Positions 23,483-36,639 of a stretch of DNA of 64,000 nt are shown here, in pieces. This DNA comes from Catajapyx aquilonaris (lineage: Eukaryota), in NCBI GenBank assembly GCA_000934665.2, contig KZ538541.1, positions 1 to 64,000 of the forward strand. Direction: 5' to 3'. The first letter of the stretch is position 1, and every line of letters starts with the position of its first letter. The notes under the pieces are model-generated. The model was not told where the DNA came from and searched no databases. It was given only the letters and a program-made list of their open reading frames with translations. The translations under genes were made by a program, and so were the position numbers.

Positions 23483-26400
23483 TATATATAGGAGTGGCCA
23501 CTAAGTTGTAAGTTATTAGATACTGGGTCCCCGCAACTTAGCGTATTGTGGTCTTAGCATAGGCCACGGAATCGCCTACCCGAAGGAAATTCGGGAATCA
23601 CTGACCATCACCACAGGTTATAAAGTTATACCATACAGCAAAATAGGCAAATGGACACATCTCCCTAACGTCAGAAAGTCCCAGTAATATTTCAAGGCGG
23701 TAACTAAACGATTACTCACGGTGATGGTCTGGCAGTGTAATTTGCTTGAGACCCATCGTTTGCTATTAATGCTTGTTCGACATCATAATTAAAATGACAC
23801 ACATGGCAAGCCGAGTGCGTAAAGGTCGAGCGAAGGTGAAGAATGGGAAAGAATGTCTCTTTGTCAGCCACCCCCTCCCTCTTCCTCTATCTCTCTTCCT
23901 CTCTCCATGCAGCAACTGGTTTGGCCAGGTAGTGTCAAGAATGCGAAGTGACATATCCGGCGTGGAAAAAAATATATATTTTGTCAATTGGATAGTGAGT
24001 GATTTGTGACAACGTGTGTCGCAACACTGTGCTCCAAAAACGGTCTGGGTCCTGCGATAGGACTGACTTGCGGTTCTAACTAATCAGGGTGGCGGGAATG
24101 GTGCGGTTGGTTGGTTGGCCTTTCGCACCCCTGCTGCGTGCTTTATTTTTTTACCGCGCCGCCCGACGCCAACAATGGCGGTGGAAATGAAGGCACAGCC
24201 GTTGCTTGCCGCCATGCCACTCTGTGGGACGGCCATTCAGCCATTATGGATAGGACCAGGTTGTGGTGATCGGTGTCTCCAAGGTGCTTTCGACGGTGCA
24301 GGTTGGGCTTCAATTTCCTAGTTTTAAGTGTGGTGGTGGGTGGGAGTGTGGGAGGTACTGATTCTCAACCCCCCTTCCAAAATAATTCTCATGGCTCAAG
24401 CCCTGCCACATAATATGAAAAGTGAGACACAAAAAATGGGGAAACGTGTCTGACCTCCCCGTAAGCTAAAATGCAAATTATCGTAATTTTTCGCATGCGA
24501 TAACTTGGAGGTTATTAAACCTTGAGTTGCCAAAAGTGCCTAATTCATTCGGCGGTCAACTTACCCGTGCTGTACTGTATAAAATTAGCATGATACAGTA
24601 GTATTTTGTTGACACCTGGCAGGTGTAAGAAGAGTAATCCTGCGTATCTATACTGAGATCTGGCTTTCGGAAACCAAATTGCTTCTGACCCATCCATGAT
24701 TCTACCCACGATCAACTGGTCGTCCCTGGTCCTGCACCCCTCTCCCAATGCCATTTCATGGTGGCCTGAAAAGCAGCCATCGAAGCAAGCTGTTTTCTTC
24801 TTAGGGAGGAGGAGCCTGGATGGATGCCGTCCTAACAAGCCACCAGGGTGCCTACATCTTTCGGCCCGTGCTAGACTGGTTTTTTTTTTTGGTGCGGGGA
24901 AAGAGGGGGAAGGAGGAGGTCAAACCAAAGAGGCATCCTCAGCAGGGGACGGAGGAAAGAAACACCCAAATCTGCAACACCCACAAAGAAACCAATAAAG
25001 ATTAGGCCTACAACCCTGCTGAAAAGAAGCCAAGCGTTTTCCACATTTAGGTAAGATGCTATCTTACTTATTTCCTTTATCGTTTGTCGCCTTGCCTTCT
25101 TCTTTCCGACACTTTTCACAGAACCGCATGTATTTTGCGATGGTCGGGTATTTTCGGCAACAACGCGGCATTGCCTTGGCATTTGACTGCGGCTGAAACT
25201 GCTGCGGTCTGTAAAGTATATGTATAGTAAATATTCTGAAAGGTAATAGTCCTATTATGATTCATCTAATCAGATATTGCCAGTTTGGGCTCAAAGTCAG
25301 AGTTAAGCATACACATAGATAAACAGGGGAGTCAAATTTCATATCGATAATCGGGTATGATCCCGACTAAGCCATCGCAACAGACACAGCCGTAATGGCG
25401 CCACTCTTATATCCTTCTGAATACTGTATCACTTTCCTCTGTAAACTGAAACTGCATCTTATAGCACTAGGTAGATCCCAGGTCTGTCCGGTACCAGACT
25501 ATGCAGATGACCGTGCAAAATATCCGTGTGGCAGGGCAGCATATAGTGACTGTGACCATTGCCTCAAAATGGCTGCGTAATTATTCAAACTCAGAAACAT
25601 TTGTGACGACTATATAGGAGGTAGAGTGATGTAGGCCCTATACGAGGCGGATTATTAGCTGCAAAATAATATAGTAGACATTATGATAATATCAACCTTA
25701 TATCCAGGCCAAAGTGTATGAGTATCTATAAGTTTAAACAGCCCTTGAATATATATGATTATTATTAATTGTGCTTGGTAAACAATCAACACCAATGAAT
25801 CGTCTAGAAGTCAAAACTTTGCAGACATTGATACAATCCGGACTTACAGCCTGTAATGTGTATACTGTGTGTCTCGGAAATTCTAACTTTTTGCTATATG
25901 CTAAAAGTGTTAATCTGTGACGGTACGCGATATAACAGCTGTAATTTCCATCGACGCATCAGCATGCACAGCCACTATATTCCCTACAAGCAATCCGCCG
26001 GGGGCATTCTTACACTCTGCTGGAGATTCTTATTATTCAACACCACCACATAGGCCTCTTTCGCTCGCTTTTACATATGACACAAACGAATCCCAGCATG
26101 CATGGGCCCCTTTATTTTCCAATATAATCCTTCTGCTTCAACGTACTGATTAAACACTAAAGAAACACTCCGGCAACATGCCACCATAATTATTCTTACT
26201 GGCTTCTACAGTATAAATACGGTATGTAGAACCTGAAGAGGCTTTTTAAAAACAAATGGTCTTCCCCCAACATCGACCTTCTCCCTCCGCTGCCCGTGCC
26301 CTCTCCCATGAGCCATATATAATGTGAGGGAGACTGTCAGGTTTGAGACAGTGCAATTTAAATATCAGATATGACAGTTACGAGTTTATTTTTTGTTCTT

Positions 26401-26602
26401 AATGCTACTATCTAGACGCGATAGTTGTCGAATTTTTATCAGAGCGCTACACTGTAGGTACCCTACACGTAACTCCACTTATTGTGGTATCACATCATCA
26501 ATGTGTCGAAGTCAAGATTTATTTTGAGATGTTCTGGATCTACTACAGCAGCATTCTATACGTCGAAATAATATTTTCAAGTTTTACAAAGTGGTTTATA
26601 TA

Positions 26603-27201
26603 CAGGGTGTTTCAGAGTCACGGGTCAAGCGCGCGCGAGGGGGTGGGGAAAAATCGTAGGTGGCGACTACCCAGGTCGGTTTTATAAAACAATTAGAAAT
26701 ACGGCAGTAATCAATTTATTAATTACGGCCTACGGCGTAACGTAACATCCTTTCTGTATTCGAAATGACCTCCGCGGACTGGCAAATGCAAGGCAAATGC
26801 ATTCGGTGGAACCTGCATGAACGGGTTTTTAGCCTTGCGGGTTGCAATGAAAAAGGCGCCCTCATGCTACACCGGCAGGGTACTGTGCAACTTAGTGTAC
26901 TACTGTACAGTGGTGTGTTCAGTCCTCTGCCGGTGTAGCTTGAGAGCGCCTTTTTCAGTGCAACCCTCAAGGCTAAAAACCCGTTCATGCAGGTTCCACC
27001 GAATGCATTTGCCTTGCATTTGCCACTCCGCGGGGTCATTTCGAATACAGAAAGGATGTGACGTCACGCCGTTCGGCCGTAATTAATAAATTGATTACTG
27101 CCGTATTTCTAATTGTTTTATAAAACCGACCAGGGTTGTCGCACCTACGATTTTTCCCCACCCCCTCGCGCGCGCTTGACCCGTGACTCTGAAACACCCT
27201 G
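26603..27201. mobile_element. ~600-bp near-perfect fold-back MITE, Tc1/mariner-like
   Basis: TA-CAGGGTGTTTCAGAGTCACGGGTCAAGC ... GCTTGACCCGTGACTCTGAAACACCCTG-TA. The two ~280-bp arms are near-identical inverted copies around ~26900. Confidence 0.95.
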
Positions 27202-27932
27202 TATAATATAGAGATTAGTAGGCTTATACAGTTTGAATCACGTTCTTGTTGAAGGGAGAACATTCCACAAACAATGCTGTACAGATTGAGATGAAAACAC
27301 CTTCTCCTTTACTAAAGTATCAGATTAGAAGTTTCCGTAACATTGTTGTTGTTGTTATTGAGGCATATATAAATGTTAGTATTTCATTATGGATTAGTGC
27401 GTTAAGATTCCAGACAAGTTCGGAATTTGCATTGTCTAATAAGTAACTCCATTTAGATTTATAAGCACATGGAATGGTTTCATTGTTTAAGCGTTTAAGG
27501 CACTCTTTATAGTCTACATACAATATGGAGGTAATGGAAATGCATTACTTTTCTTTCCGTCGGAATGTATAAGTGTCCTTTGTAACAGAGACAAATCAAT
27601 ATCCCAGCGCATGTGCGCCATTTTCATAGTTTTCAGATGATGGTTGTAAATTGACGTCAATCAATAACCGCATAATATTAGAGTATATAGGCCTATATCC
27701 TCTACACATGCATTTGAACAAAACACACTCTTTTACATCATTTGCCTTTCATATTGGCACAGTAATAACAGGTTACAGCCGCATTACTACAATTGCCATG
27801 TAATTATATGCGAAATGCACTTCTGCTTAACCAATATCAGCTAATTAAGTTCATTTTATACTAAGTCTGGTCACTCTGGGTAACTTACCTAGCACTGGGG
27901 TTTTCCATGGCAACATATACAGTAGATCTAGC

Positions 27933-28281
27933 AATAATAATTGTAATAACATGATTGGGTTATGACCTCAGACATAACGCGGACCTCCAAGGGGTTTGGC
28001 GCGGACCTTTATTTATACCATGTATACATACTGGAACCGTTTTCCTAAGCGCCCGAGTCCGCGGGCAGGGTGACTGGGAGAGGAGGCGTGCAAGTGCAAT
28101 ATTGCTTCTCGGTCATTTTGCGACTTCCCCCCGAGTGGATTAGTCTAGTGGAGATCCCCTCCGTGACGGAGCCAAGGACGATCCAACTCCGCACAATACG
28201 AAGGGAGAAATGCCCGGCCTTGGGGTCGAACCCAGGACCCTTTCATCCGTGGCCGTGGGCGTTACCGCAGCGCCACTCCCA
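27933..28281 (-). mobile_element. tRNA-derived SINE, divergent member of family A
   Basis: The minus strand reads GGAGTGGCGCTGCGGTAACG..CCACGGATG..GGGTTCGACCCC. It shares body motifs (ACTAATCCAC.CGGGG; TGCACTTGCAC; CCTGCCCG.GG.C.CGGGCGCT) and ends in a TTATTATT tail. Confidence 0.85.
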
Positions 28282-28644
28282 CAGAAGTAAACAACCAGTT
28301 ATCCAAGTCGGTAAGCTACCGAGGATTAGCAAACTGGGAACATCAATGTGTTTAACTACATACTGTATGTCAACACTGAATGTCACAAATCATGGAGGCC
28401 ACATCACAATGTCGCATTTATCACATCACGGGACTTGCAAATTACTGTATAATATATATTTGGCCATTATAGAGTAAATAAAATAACATAAAATTTATAG
28501 CGTATCATACCTGAATGTTTCTTTATTTTATACAAACTCCCTCCCCTCCCCAAATATAGGCCTACCACAGTCATAAGAAACATGCACAATAATGACTAAT
28601 TTGGTCATGATTGTTGCATCTAGAGAAACAACTTGTTGGAAGTA

Positions 28645-29698
28645 GAGGTAAACCATACAGTTATGGGACACTTAAGAAATTTTCCAAGTTCACATCGTCA
28701 CATGACCCACAGTAATTACATTATGCAGTTTGATTATATATTTCTCCTGAATCTTCAGTATGTTCTCTTTCAAGGAGCAACTGTAATTTATTTTGAAATT
28801 ATCTTTCACTGTCATTTTTGGTAATGAAAAGTTCCAAAAGAGTCACAAAAGTACAGTAATGGGACACTTTTCACAGTTATGGGCCGCCTTTGGGACAGTG
28901 GTGGGACACCTCATTGTGGGAACTCTATTGTTGTTTGCAGAACTTTCATGGTGCAGGGTGTTGCCCAGCACTGTTTCCTACTGTCTCAGCAGTTTTTCAA
29001 GTTTTAATGAACATCCCGCTAGCCTTTGTCGTCATTTGCGTGAAGGATGCATTTACTCCGGAATTACCGAACCTGCCTGCCAAGCAAAGAATTTCGTTAA
29101 GAACAGATGACTTTCTCACCTGAAATTCCTTCTAGTCTATATAGTATCATCAAAAGTCGGTAATCATCAAAAGTTGCATAGTTGCATACCTGCATTAAGC
29201 CTACAACAATTCCATTCTCCAAGAAGCATTTTAAAAAGCAATTTTTAAAATTGACCTCGAAATACAGGAATGGGCTGGGAATGCCCATTACTGTAAAGTG
29301 ATGGTTTTGATCCACACAGTTGTGGGACACCCCCTTCTACTCATGCTATCTATACAGACTCATCATTATCTACAAAATATGAAACTATGGAGTCTTATAG
29401 CCATGCAAATTGACTTCGGCAACCTGGAGTGACGAAAACCCTTGTAACTTATCACTAGCTGCAGTGCTACTCCTTACGGAAGTGGCCCTGCTGGAAGTGA
29501 CACAAAGACCCGAGGCTGTGGCGACCATGATGAAAGTCCAACCGGGATAAAATTATATGCAACGTTCGTCCAACCATGCAGGGCAGCCACCCCTGGGCAA
29601 AAATGATCACTACTTTCACTACACACACATTACTATGAATAAGATTACTATAAGTGTCTCATTACTGTAAGGTGTCCCATAACTGTGTGGTTTACCCC
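28645..29698. mobile_element. ~1.05-kb non-autonomous DNA transposon (pogo-like, TA TSD)
   Basis: TA-GAGGTAAACCATACAGTTATGGGACAC ... GTGTCCCATAACTGTGTGGTTTACCCC-TA. The motif CAGTNRTGGGACAC is repeated internally (~28855, ~28896, ~29317). Confidence 0.85.
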
Positions 29699-30530
29699 TA
29701 TATCCTGTTTAATATTATAGTATCCAGTACAAAATTGTCAGAGGTGCCCACTTCCTCTCAATAACTTGCGAATTTCTAACAAGTTGAAAATTATACCCAC
29801 TTGATTTTGGCGATTTTGGCTTATCCTGCACGCCAGCGACCCATGTAGCAGCGATGTTTGTGGGGTTGCCTGCCGCATAGGATGAGCCATATCCCCAGCA
29901 TTGAAAACGCAACAAGCCATTATCTCCGTAATGGCGTAATGACGCCTAAATCGTCAAAATTAACTAGGATATTATCGTCTTAAAAATTCTCAATAAGCTC
30001 AATTCCGAGAGGAAGTAGACTATACGTACTTCTGGCGCCATCCCTTATGTCTTATGTACCCTAAGAAATATGGCCTACCATAATATTTCATCACACTCTA
30101 CATAATACATTCACTTGAATGTGTGTCGTACCGGTACCTATTATAAAGTATAAACAGTAACTTACATATTTCCTTGCACGAGATATATGCTTGGGATCAT
30201 GAATTCATTTTCGGAAATAAGCCCCGCGGCTTTATATTCCCCCNNNCCCCCCCCCCCGCAGACAACCGACTGGTGTCCCTTATTTGTGATACTCTTTTAT
30301 CACTTTCCCATCCTGCTTGAAAAATTAGTCACTAAACCTGCCACACAAGTTATCGCCTGTAGGACCCCTACAGGGTAAGGCAGGGTCAGAGACCGGATAG
30401 TTGTTGGTCACTGAAGCTAGTAAACCTTACCGTGCATGTATTCCTCGTATGTGTTTTTAGCCTGACTATTGGATACTGGTGGAAGGGTTTTTTTCGAAAA
30501 TACGATCTTCATATATAATATACAGTATTA

Positions 30531-30917
30531 AGGTGCGTTTACATGTGGGAGGTTTGATCGGAGATTTGTATCGCCGGCGATGTCATCGCCATTGAATTGT
30601 AGCGGTTCTGACGTCATGACTCAAGCGATAGCGCTTACGCATCGCCCGTGTAAGTGTTTATACATGCCGGCGACGTGCATCGCCATGGCATGCCAACAGT
30701 GCAATAACCTGTACCTGTAACGAATAACTGTATACTGTTGGCATGCCGTGGCGATGTCATCGCCATCTCCTATTTCAAACCATGTTTCAAACAGACCTTA
30801 GCGATGTCATCGCCGATGCCCTCCCTTCTTAAGCGCGATTGCTACTTTCGGCCCAAATCACTGCTTTCGTTAGGATTTCATCTCCGGAGATCAAATCTCC
30901 CACATGTAAACGCACCT
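30531..30917. mobile_element. PIF/Harbinger-like MITE (TTA TSD)
   Basis: TTA-AGGTGCGTTTACATGTGGGAGGTTTGATC ... GATCAAATCTCCCACATGTAAACGCACCT-TTA, with internal repeats GCGATGTCATCGCC. Confidence 0.9.
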
Positions 30918-30976
30918 TTATGCATATAGGTATACATATAGGCATACTGAATCCCGCGTTGGTGCAACCCGCACTA

Positions 30977-31113
30977 GGGCCGGTTATCGAATCAAATTAG
31001 TGAAACTCTCAGATTATATAGGCCTGTGTAGTACAGGTCTTTACAGTGCACATAGCCCATAGTCCAACAAAATTAAAGATTTTTTCCCTAATTTTCTTTC
31101 ATACAACCGGCCC
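30977..31113. mobile_element. Short PIF/Harbinger-like MITE
   Basis: TIR GGGCCGGTT ... AACCGGCCC, flanked by CTA/TAA. Confidence 0.5.
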
Positions 31114-31497
31114 TAAGTTACACTGTATAGCCAAATGCAGCGCCGTCCAACAGTGCCCTCTAGCGCCGAAGGATGACGTCAGTGGACATACCTGGGACAT
31201 ACAGTGCATTCATTGACAACAAAGGTTTCTCGCGGTGTTCCCTCTCTCCCTTTAAAATTTGTAATCATAGTTTTTAAACACCCATTGTATTTTTTTAAAA
31301 ATCCTACTTTGGCAACTAATAAAATGATTCCTCTGCGAAAGTTTGACTCGGCGGAGATTTGTTTTATTTTTATATGGCCAAGTCAACGTTTACAATGTAT
31401 ACCGTATATAGGAAGCAATTTCTCGTGATACGTACAACAACATGCTTGCAAACTTTCATTTTTAGTTGTGTCAGATTGTACTGTGTACTATACAGTA

Positions 31498-31826
31498 CAC
31501 TGAAAAAACCGAAATGGTTACAGTAACCAAAACTATTTGGTTGAGTGAGATTTGGTTGCTTTCACCAAAGTCTTAGCTGAATTGAAAAAACAGAATTGGT
31601 TGATGTATAACCAAAACATTTTGGTTGAAGGGTCGGGCCTATGCGATCGTTTCAACCAAAACCTTAGCTATACCACAACCAAATGTACACCATGTCAACA
31701 AAAATGTTGGTTATATCGACCAAATATTTTTGGTTACTTCAACCAAATTTTTAGCAGGTTCTATATTAACCTTCCTATTTGGTTGAATTAAACATGTTTT
31801 TGGTTTGTTCAACTTTTTTTTGAGTG
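31498..31826. mobile_element. CACTA/EnSpm-like MITE (TA flanks)
   Basis: TA-CACTGAAAAAA ... TTTTTTGAGTG-TA, with many subterminal AACCAAA/TTTGGTT repeats. Confidence 0.75.
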
Positions 31827-32834
31827 TACTAAGAATATGCCTGAGGCCTATTCTGTTAGGCCAGAAGTCCGCGCTCTCCGTCAGGAGTTGGTGCTCTTGA
31901 CCAAAGGGCTCCTATATAGAAAATATCAGTCCGGTATTCAGTTTTCCTACAATATCAATGTGCCAGGCCTTTTACAGGGAACATTATTCTCACACCAGAA
32001 AAGAATATCAGCAGGTGGAGAAGAGAGGCAGGAGAAATGTATAAAATACCATGCAGTTATTAGATTCAATATCAATAACAATAATATTTATAGCTACACA
32101 GTAGCCTAATACGTATTTCGCGGCAGGTTATACATGGCATACCTAATGTATTCCTAAGGTTATATTATTGTGATTTGACATTTGACCTTCCCCAAAGAAC
32201 AACATGAAGGTATCAGGTATGATCCCAATCGTACAGGTACTGTACTGGTCGTCGTTATTCTGCTCCAATTTTCTTCCCAATACTGCAAATATTTGCTCAG
32301 GTGACCAATTTTATCAATCATTGCTGATTATCCTGCATATGGAAGGAAGCAATTTCCTCGTTCTGCTTTTTATATAATCGAAACACAAAAATGGCTTATA
32401 TGCAAGAAACCACTTGGAAGAAATTGTCATATTGATTGACATCGATATTTCAACCATGATGAATTCACTTTAGGTAGATTAAAATTGCTTTCAGCTTTTT
32501 TATGGAACAGATTCCTCTAATAGCATATGTAAATAATTCATCCTACGGATGACAATGATCGGACAGATAAACGTACTGTACTACATGCAGTGAAGTAAGG
32601 ATATAGAGTTTCACATAATAATACCAGTATGTGAATTTAAACTGCACTCAATTCGTTTATTATTTTGTGCATTAAAAAGAATAAAGGGAAATATTTTTCA
32701 CCTATCACAGTTTTAAGTTTTTTGGACAATGAATAAAAATTCACTCTTGATTTTCAATGTAGAGTACAGCACAGCATGAATGATGTAGCATTGTTTAGTG
32801 AGCCTGCTGGTGTCATATGGAGTTGTGGTAACAT

Positions 32835-32947
<113 letters not shown>

Positions 32948-33755
32948 GGTAGAGTGAAACAGCTAGGCCTACAAGAATTGGATAGAGAGGGTAATATGGG
33001 GTGTAGGAGAGAGGGAGAGAGATGGAGAGGGCGGGGGCGGGGGGGGCAGGGTGGGGAGAGGTGGGGGAAGGCGGAGGGGGCAACCAATCTAATCAACTCA
33101 TCGCCTGGCCGGGCGCCGAGGAGAGGTAATTGTTTCGCTCAATAAACTGGGGGCCTCCTCCCCCCTTCCCCCCTCCTTTTTTTCCTTTTTTGGCTCAGCC
33201 TGAAAAAGAGGGCGTAGTAGGGGGAGGGAAGGGGGGGAAGAGTTAATGAAATCGCTTTTTCGCCACCCTACTCTTTGCCTTGTTGCCGAGTTCACTAACC
33301 ACTGATTCCGAACTCAAGGATACACGTTTTTAACTCTGCGATGGCACCCACATTTATTCCAGATTCCATGCAACATGCCGTGTACTTGAATAATAGCTCA
33401 GGTTTTTCAAGCGCTGATGTGTAATACCTATGCTGATTACTGTCCTCGTCTGGCCTATATAGTCACAATTCTAAAGGTGAAAGCTAATATTTCATTTGGA
33501 CCTTTTAATGCGCCATATTATGCATTATTGAACCAGACGTATATTATTATTACCTTATAATCCACTGGGAACAAACTGAGCTGACAGAATTTTCATAAAA
33601 AGTTTATTTTCATAAAATATTTTTGCACTTTCAGAGTACAAGAATATCAGTATGATCTGTATAATGCTGCCTTACACTTGTATAGTTGTTGTAAAGCGTG
33701 GATAAACGTACTCTATAATATAGCCCACCTACTAATTGGCCATTAACCATTAAAC

Positions 33756-33988
33756 CAATGCTTCCCAAATTGTGGGTCGCGACCCTATTTGGGGTCGTGA
33801 AAATAATATTTGGGGTCGCGAGGGAGGGTAACAAATTATTTTCACAAAATTATGCTATCTTTCTTGAAAATCATAGCCATATAAGGTATAAGGACATTTC
33901 ACTGTATTACCTGTCTTTTCATGTTGGCGGATCGAAATGTGCACATATATTTTTTGGGGTCGCCAACGAAAGAAATTGGGAAGCACTG
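33756..33988. mobile_element. hAT (Charlie-like) MITE
   Basis: TIR CAATGCTTCCCAA ... TTGGGAAGCACTG. Perfect 8-bp TSD CATTAAAC (33748-33755 and 33989-33996). Subterminal GGGTCGC repeats. Confidence 0.93.
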
Positions 33989-36073
33989 CATTAAACATAC
34001 TCATACTGACTTTATACATATCAGTATACATGGCATACAATGGAGAAGCCAACCATTGAAAGGTCGTTACGCTGATTCTTGTCTCTATTTGGTCCCCACC
34101 TCCACCCCATCATATCACGCAACCGTCATGGAAACCTGCATGGAGGAGCCTTCCCTTAAAGAGTACAATAATGATATATTTTTCATGTAAAACGTACATG
34201 AGCTGTCAATGAGTTTCATAGTGATTGTAACATATTTCTTATGAAAAAAGTTCATCAGTGCATGCTGAGCATTTCTAATTGACCTGGGCATTATCACTAT
34301 AAACTTATAAAGAGAAGGCGAATCAAGTGCTATACCTTGTACCTCGTAATTTAACATTCTGATTAAATTATACACTCCATTAATTATGAAACATTGGTGT
34401 GGTTCCATCATCAAGAGGTCACATGTTTATGTACAGATAGACCTCGCATTGCCATATTTTATTGTTAGTCCATTACGGGAGGGCGTCAAATCAATGCATA
34501 CGAACACTAATACACATAGTTATACCCTAGCTGTAAAGGAAGTAAACTTCATGAACATGATGGTTAAATCATCGAGTTCAATCATATTGTCACCTGCTCA
34601 GTAAACATAATTATAGCAGAACTTAACAAGAATATTATCGAAGGAACTTTGTTGCGAGAAGCCATTTGTCATAAGTCGTTGCGGCCAACCTGAACGAGAG
34701 GGACCTAAACTGTGGTGAGTGAAGACAATGGGATGGTGACAGTCATTCTCTCGAAGATTAGAATTGGGGCAGGAGTGGTGCACCCCCTCCTCACTTGGGA
34801 GCCGTACTGATATACTGAGACATCTATTGAATGGTCCAGTCTGTTTATGCCTAGACAGATTATAAAACATGTTCTTCTATCCAAGTTGACGATTTGAAAG
34901 TGAGGATGGGAGAGTGTTGATGAATAATTCACCTCTGGAGACACAAAGTCAGCGGCATACAAAAAAGTAAAGCAAGACCCAAACCATGTGGACGAGGGTA
35001 AGAATGCGGCTGAAGAGTGACTATATAATTTATAATCCATCAACTCTACCCCGTCCTCCCTTGTCCAATCGTCAACTTGGGCAGAGAAACAACCTGCATA
35101 GTTTCCTGTAAAAATTTAACAATATATACTCGTACCAGGGTCCCCTACATGGTTGCCTCCCCCACCCTAACCAGGGTATTGTCTCCACGTAGTCCTTATG
35201 GGGCGTCCATATTGGAGCTAGATTGCATGCTGGAGGATAGGAAATTGGCAAGGGCCCAATTTTTCTTTTCAAGGACATTTTTTCACTGCATGCAGATCCA
35301 ATCTGATTTAGGTCCAATATGTCGGAGAGACAATACCCTGTCTAGGTGGGGGAGGCACTCATGGAGGTTACCCTGACTCGTACATACCCTATACCAAAAA
35401 TAGACAATACAGGCTTAAAACTTTACACACCCATACAGTACGTATATCTCAAAAGATTATTCTCCCATTGCGACTTGGCTGATAGTCCTGATGCATTTCA
35501 GGTCACCAGTTGCATGTTTGCACTATCGCATTGTTTACTGGTTCCATATAAACTATTGATGCACATTCATGAATTTAACCGGCACAATGCAATGGTGCAT
35601 GCGAGCGCAAAATTCGTTTGTGTTTGAATCATGAACCCAGCACTGATCAACTTGTAGAATTATGTTCCAAGGTGTCTCTTGTATAAATGTCGAAACTCGA
35701 GAGACCTACCTGTAACGACGTAGACTACCAAACACTTTGACCTGTCCCTAAACACACCCGACAACACATACACTTACGTAAACACTATTAGCTGTTTATT
35801 TAACAAAAAATCTTTAAAACCATATAGAAACACTAACTTATGCTAGTCACACATCGTAAAAAGATGGCATCCGTGGGTCTTATTCTTGGAGAGCCCCTTA
35901 AATTCTGCGGTGCCTCTCCCACCACATATGAAACGTTAGAAGGTGGTATATAAAATATAAGGTTCCTCCTGATCCATAGCTTCAGGAGCCTCTGCAGCTC
36001 CAGCCACCCCAGTGCTCCTTGGCCTCCTGTATCAGGTGAGGAATTGGATGGATCATGCAAAGAAATCCCTACA

Positions 36074-36473
36074 CAGGGTGGACCAACTTCAAGTGTCGTT
36101 TTATAACGGCTATTAATAGAAGCGCTTTACGATTGACGTAGCAGCGACGTGTAAAATGTCCCACTTCGGCGCATCGAAAATATTAGCGTACATGTAATCA
36201 ATCTGCTGCAACGAGTGCAACCACATGCGGCACCAATGCCAATCCGGCAGTCCGCAAAGAAGGCATTTCACCCAGGCGCATCTCAGGTCATGTGTGCACC
36301 TACTTTTTTCCAGGTCAACCCAGCAGCAGGGTTGATTACATGTGTGCTGCTATTGGCAGCTAATATTTTCGATGGCGCCGAAGTGGGACATTTTACACGT
36401 CGCTGCTACGTCATCGCAAAATTACTGCTATTAATCGCCGTTATAAAATGACACTTGAAGTTGGTCCACCCTA
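36074..36473. mobile_element. Fold-back MITE, Tc1/mariner-like (CAGGGTG terminus)
   Basis: CAGGGTGGACCAACTTCAAGTGTC ... GACACTTGAAGTTGGTCCACCCT. Long inverted arms (GACGTAGCAGCGACGTGTAAAATGTCCCACTTCGGCGC and its complement). Confidence 0.9.
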
Positions 36474-36639
36474 TAGGAGCTTGGAAATGTGATTCTCCAT
36501 GAAGTGTCTAAAACCATCTCCTCCCTGGAACCAAGAGTAGGTGGTGTCGGGAATGACAGTAATGTTGTAAGGATGCTTCTGACCAGGAGGTGAAGGGTTT
36601 CAACAAGATCGTCACGCTTGTTCAGATTGACCACAATTT

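Noticed and set aside
26719..27263. Similar ORFs on both strands (also 14460-15008 and 46188-46650)
   Set aside because: Artefacts of palindromic MITEs.
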